Of a DNA stretch of 64,000 nucleotides, positions 61,542 through 64,000 are shown piece after piece. The position numbers and the translations under genes are program-made. The stretch comes from Microcoleus sp. GTDB taxonomy: Bacteria; Cyanobacteriota; Cyanobacteriia; Cyanobacteriales; Microcoleaceae. Positions within the stretch are counted from its first letter, which is position 1, and the number at the start of each line of letters is the position of its first letter. The notes below the pieces were generated by a model. The model was not told the origin of the DNA. It ran no database searches and was given only the letters and a program-made list of their open reading frames with translations. Where the stretch lies: NCBI GenBank assembly GCA_052279835.1, contig CP181291.1, positions 1,376,001 to 1,440,000 on the forward strand, in the 5' to 3' direction.

Positions 61542-62621
61542 TCAAAAATCAGGAAGTCTATTGCCAGTCTTGACATCAAACCAATGTATCAACCGAGGCG
61601 GAAAAACTAGCTCCACCATATTTGAATGCAACTGACGGTCTCCCGGTAGCAAAGCGCGCACTGTCAATGACTCCACACCTTTCACTCGAATGCTAATTAG
61701 GTTTTGCATTCCCAAGTTTTCCACTAAATAAACCTCACCTTTAATAGTCGTCTCTCCCGCGTCCGTCCCATCAACAAAACAGACATTTTCGGGGCGAATT
61801 CCCAACACAATTTCAGGAGGGACTGTCGGCAAATCCGGCAAAGTAATTCCAACATCACCAAATATAGCAAAATTGCCTTGACATTTAAGCACAAACAAAT
61901 TCATTTGTGGGCTACCCACAAAACCCGCTACAAATTGATTGGCGGGGCGAGTATAAATCAGGTGTGGCGGGTCTAATTGCTGGATGCTACCCTTGTGGAC
62001 AACTGCGACTTTGGTAGAAAGCGTCATCGCTTCTGTTTGGTCATGAGTAACATAAACTACAGGAGCTTTTTGGGAAGCAAATAATTGTTTAAGTTCCGCC
62101 CTGACTTTTTCGCGCAATAAAGCATCGAGATTGCTTAAAGGTTCGTCTAGCAAAAACACCGCCGGCTGGCGGACTAAAGCGCGTCCCAGGGCGACTCGCT
62201 GTCGCTGTCCTCCTGATAGTTTACCTGGTTTGCGATCGAGTAATTCTGTCAATCCCAGGGATGCTGCAACTTCCGTCACTAATCTCTGGATTTCGGTAGG
62301 GGAGGTTTTACGAATTTTGAGGCTGGATGCCATGTTTTCGTATACTGTCATGTGCGGGTACAGCGCGTAACTTTGAAATACCATGGCAATATCCCGATCG
62401 CCTGGTCTAAGATAAGTGACATTGCGATCGCCAATTCTAATCTCGCCCCTAGTCGGCTGTTCCAATCCTGCAATTAAGCGCAAAGTCGTGGATTTTCCGC
62501 ATCCCGAAGGCCCAAGTAATGTCAGAAATTCTCCTTCGCTGACATCTAAACTAATGTCTTTGACGGGAACAACTTGAGGGCTGTAGGTTTTATTGAGGTT
62601 TTTGAGTTCTAGTTTTGACAT
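61542..62621 (-). CDS. Carbohydrate ABC transporter ATP-binding protein (MalK-like)
   Basis: GPSGCGKST, VFQSYALYPH, LSGGQRQ and DEPLSNLDA. Start MSKLEL. Confidence 0.94.
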   Translation of the reverse strand: MSKLELKNLNKTYSPQVVPVKDISLDVSEGEFLTLLGPSGCGKSTTLRLIAGLEQPTRGEIRIGDRNVTYLRPGDRDIAMVFQSYALYPHMTVYENMASSLKIRKTSPTEIQRLVTEVAASLGLTELLDRKPGKLSGGQRQRVALGRALVRQPAVFLLDEPLSNLDALLREKVRAELKQLFASQKAPVVYVTHDQTEAMTLSTKVAVVHKGSIQQLDPPHLIYTRPANQFVAGFVGSPQMNLFVLKCQGNFAIFGDVGITLPDLPTVPPEIVLGIRPENVCFVDGTDAGETTIKGEVYLVENLGMQNLISIRVKGVESLTVRALLPGDRQLHSNMVELVFPPRLIHWFDVKTGNRLPDF

Positions 62622-62640
62622 GATTTTTAATTGATATACG

Positions 62641-62712
62641 AACCGCGAAGGCGCGTTCGGCGAAGCCGTTCCCGTAGGGTAGGGACGCGAAGGAAGAAGG
62701 AAGAAGGAAGAG
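62641..62712. repeat. Small dispersed repeat with nested insert, plus GAAGAAG tract
   Basis: aaccgcgaaggcgcg-[ttcggcgaagccgttcccgtagggt]-agggacgcgaagg. Confidence 0.55.
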
Positions 62713-62748
62713 TTGATAAGTGATTTGAGCATAACTCAAAGTTCAAAA

Positions 62749-63612
62749 CTATCCTTTTACTGCACCGGCTGTTAAACCTTGAACTATGCGCCTCTGGAAC
62801 ACTAAAACTAGGATAACTAAGGGTAAAGTACCCAAAACAGTGGCTGCGGCGATCGGACCATAGGGAATTTCAAATACCGACACACCACTGAGTTGAGCCG
62901 TTGCTACCGGAATAGTTTTCAGAGATTCGCGAGTCATAAATGTTAGTGCAAAAATAAACTCATTCCAAGCAGAAATAAACGTCAAAATTCCCGTGGTTAC
63001 TAAAGCGGGAAAAGTCATCGGCAGCACAATCTGCCACAGCATTTGAACCGTATTGTATCCATCCACCTTAGCTGCATCTTCCAAGTCTTTTGGTAACTGC
63101 TGAAAAAAACTTCGCATCACTAAAATAGTCAGCGGTAAATTGAGCGCCGTGTAAGGAATAATTAATGCTAAATAATTATTTCCCCAATTTAACGCTTTCA
63201 CAATTTCCAACAGTCCCAAGAATAGCAAAACCGCTGGAAATAACGTCACTATCGTAATCATCGCCAGCATCATTCTCTCGCCCCACAGTCGCAATCTTGC
63301 CAAAGCATAAGCGGCAGGTGATCCTACAGCCAAGCACAAGAGTGTAGAAGTAATGGACACAAAAGCGCTATTTAAAATGTAAAGTCCAAAAGGGCGGCGG
63401 CGGAATAAAGACAGGTAATGCTCGAAGGTAATTCGCTTGGGAATGTAAACATTGGGAATAGCAGAAATATCTGCATTTACCTTGAAAGAAGTCAGCACCT
63501 GCCAGATAATCGGTGCGAGAAAATATGCGGCAATTAACAGCGCTGATATGGGGACAATTAATTGCTGGATGTGAACAGGTTTTTGGGTAGGTTGTTCGCG
63601 GGCTATGGACAT
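62749..63612 (-). CDS. Carbohydrate ABC transporter permease (MalG-like)
   Basis: EAA loop LPKDLEDAAKVDG, WNEF and GLTAGAVKG. Confidence 0.94.
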   Translation of the reverse strand: MSIAREQPTQKPVHIQQLIVPISALLIAAYFLAPIIWQVLTSFKVNADISAIPNVYIPKRITFEHYLSLFRRRPFGLYILNSAFVSITSTLLCLAVGSPAAYALARLRLWGERMMLAMITIVTLFPAVLLFLGLLEIVKALNWGNNYLALIIPYTALNLPLTILVMRSFFQQLPKDLEDAAKVDGYNTVQMLWQIVLPMTFPALVTTGILTFISAWNEFIFALTFMTRESLKTIPVATAQLSGVSVFEIPYGPIAAATVLGTLPLVILVLVFQRRIVQGLTAGAVKG

Positions 63613-63615
63613 AAT

Positions 63616-64000
63616 TTAATTTCCTCCGGCTGCATTGACACGGGATCTCGATAACCAGTAAACTGCGATCGCAACTGCTGCCACTAACAACAAAAAAGTA
63701 CACACCACCAACGCCGCCCCATAACCAAAGTCTAAATACCTCATTACCGTACTGTAAATGTAGATAGAAACGGTTTCAGTCCCCCCGGCTGGCCCTCCTC
63801 CCGTCATCACCTGAATCAAGTCAAAAATGCCGAAAGACTGAGCAAATCGAAACAGCAAAGCAATCACAATTTGGGGCATCAGCAGCGGCAAGGTAACTTG
63901 ACGAAAACTCTGCCAGCTACTAGCACCATCAATGGCATGAGCTTCATACAAATCCGCCGGAATAGATTGCAATCCAGCTAATAAAAGCAAGCTCACAAAC
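63616..64000 (-). CDS. Carbohydrate ABC transporter permease (MalF-like), 5'-truncated by window edge
   Basis: LAGLQSIPADLYEAHAIDGA, TGGGPAG and DFGYGAA. Confidence 0.92.
   Translation of the reverse strand, partial: FVSLLLLAGLQSIPADLYEAHAIDGASSWQSFRQVTLPLLMPQIVIALLFRFAQSFGIFDLIQVMTGGGPAGGTETVSIYIYSTVMRYLDFGYGAALVVCTFLLLVAAVAIAVYWLSRSRVNAAGGN

Overview
A 64-kb chromosomal segment from a filamentous cyanobacterium, most likely Oscillatoriales (Microcoleus/Tychonema-like). This rests on psbK, abundant HIP1 (GCGATCGC) sites, heptamer STRR tracts and hps glycosyltransferases. Most genes are housekeeping: purS/purQ, cobS, tgt, psbK, sat, hisH, rsmD, glmM, hpsN/hpsO, a sugar ABC transporter, GST, mntP and fur. 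Accessory or unusual content includes: (1) an NADH-type nitrite reductase nirBD, atypical for cyanobacteria; (2) a NACHT-less HEAT-repeat protein converging on an orphan DPPY methyltransferase; (3) a non-autonomous tnpB element with IS608-type ends that sits between a candidate promoter and its gene; (4) a deleted SPFH gene surviving only as a C-terminal remnant behind nfeD; (5) an intact Cache-GAF histidine kinase whose phospho-His is Arg; (6) a Tat-exported caspase-like protein lacking its dyad; (7) a repeat-bracketed MntA/HepT toxin-antitoxin cassette with a dead antitoxin stub; (8) glgX with a +1 frameshift and an unusual Cys-containing loop; (9) a four-fold 11-bp-phased operator and structured leader at mntP. 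There are many small repeat elements and MITEs. I saw no tRNA, rRNA or CRISPR array. All calls come from motif recognition only; no searches were run.
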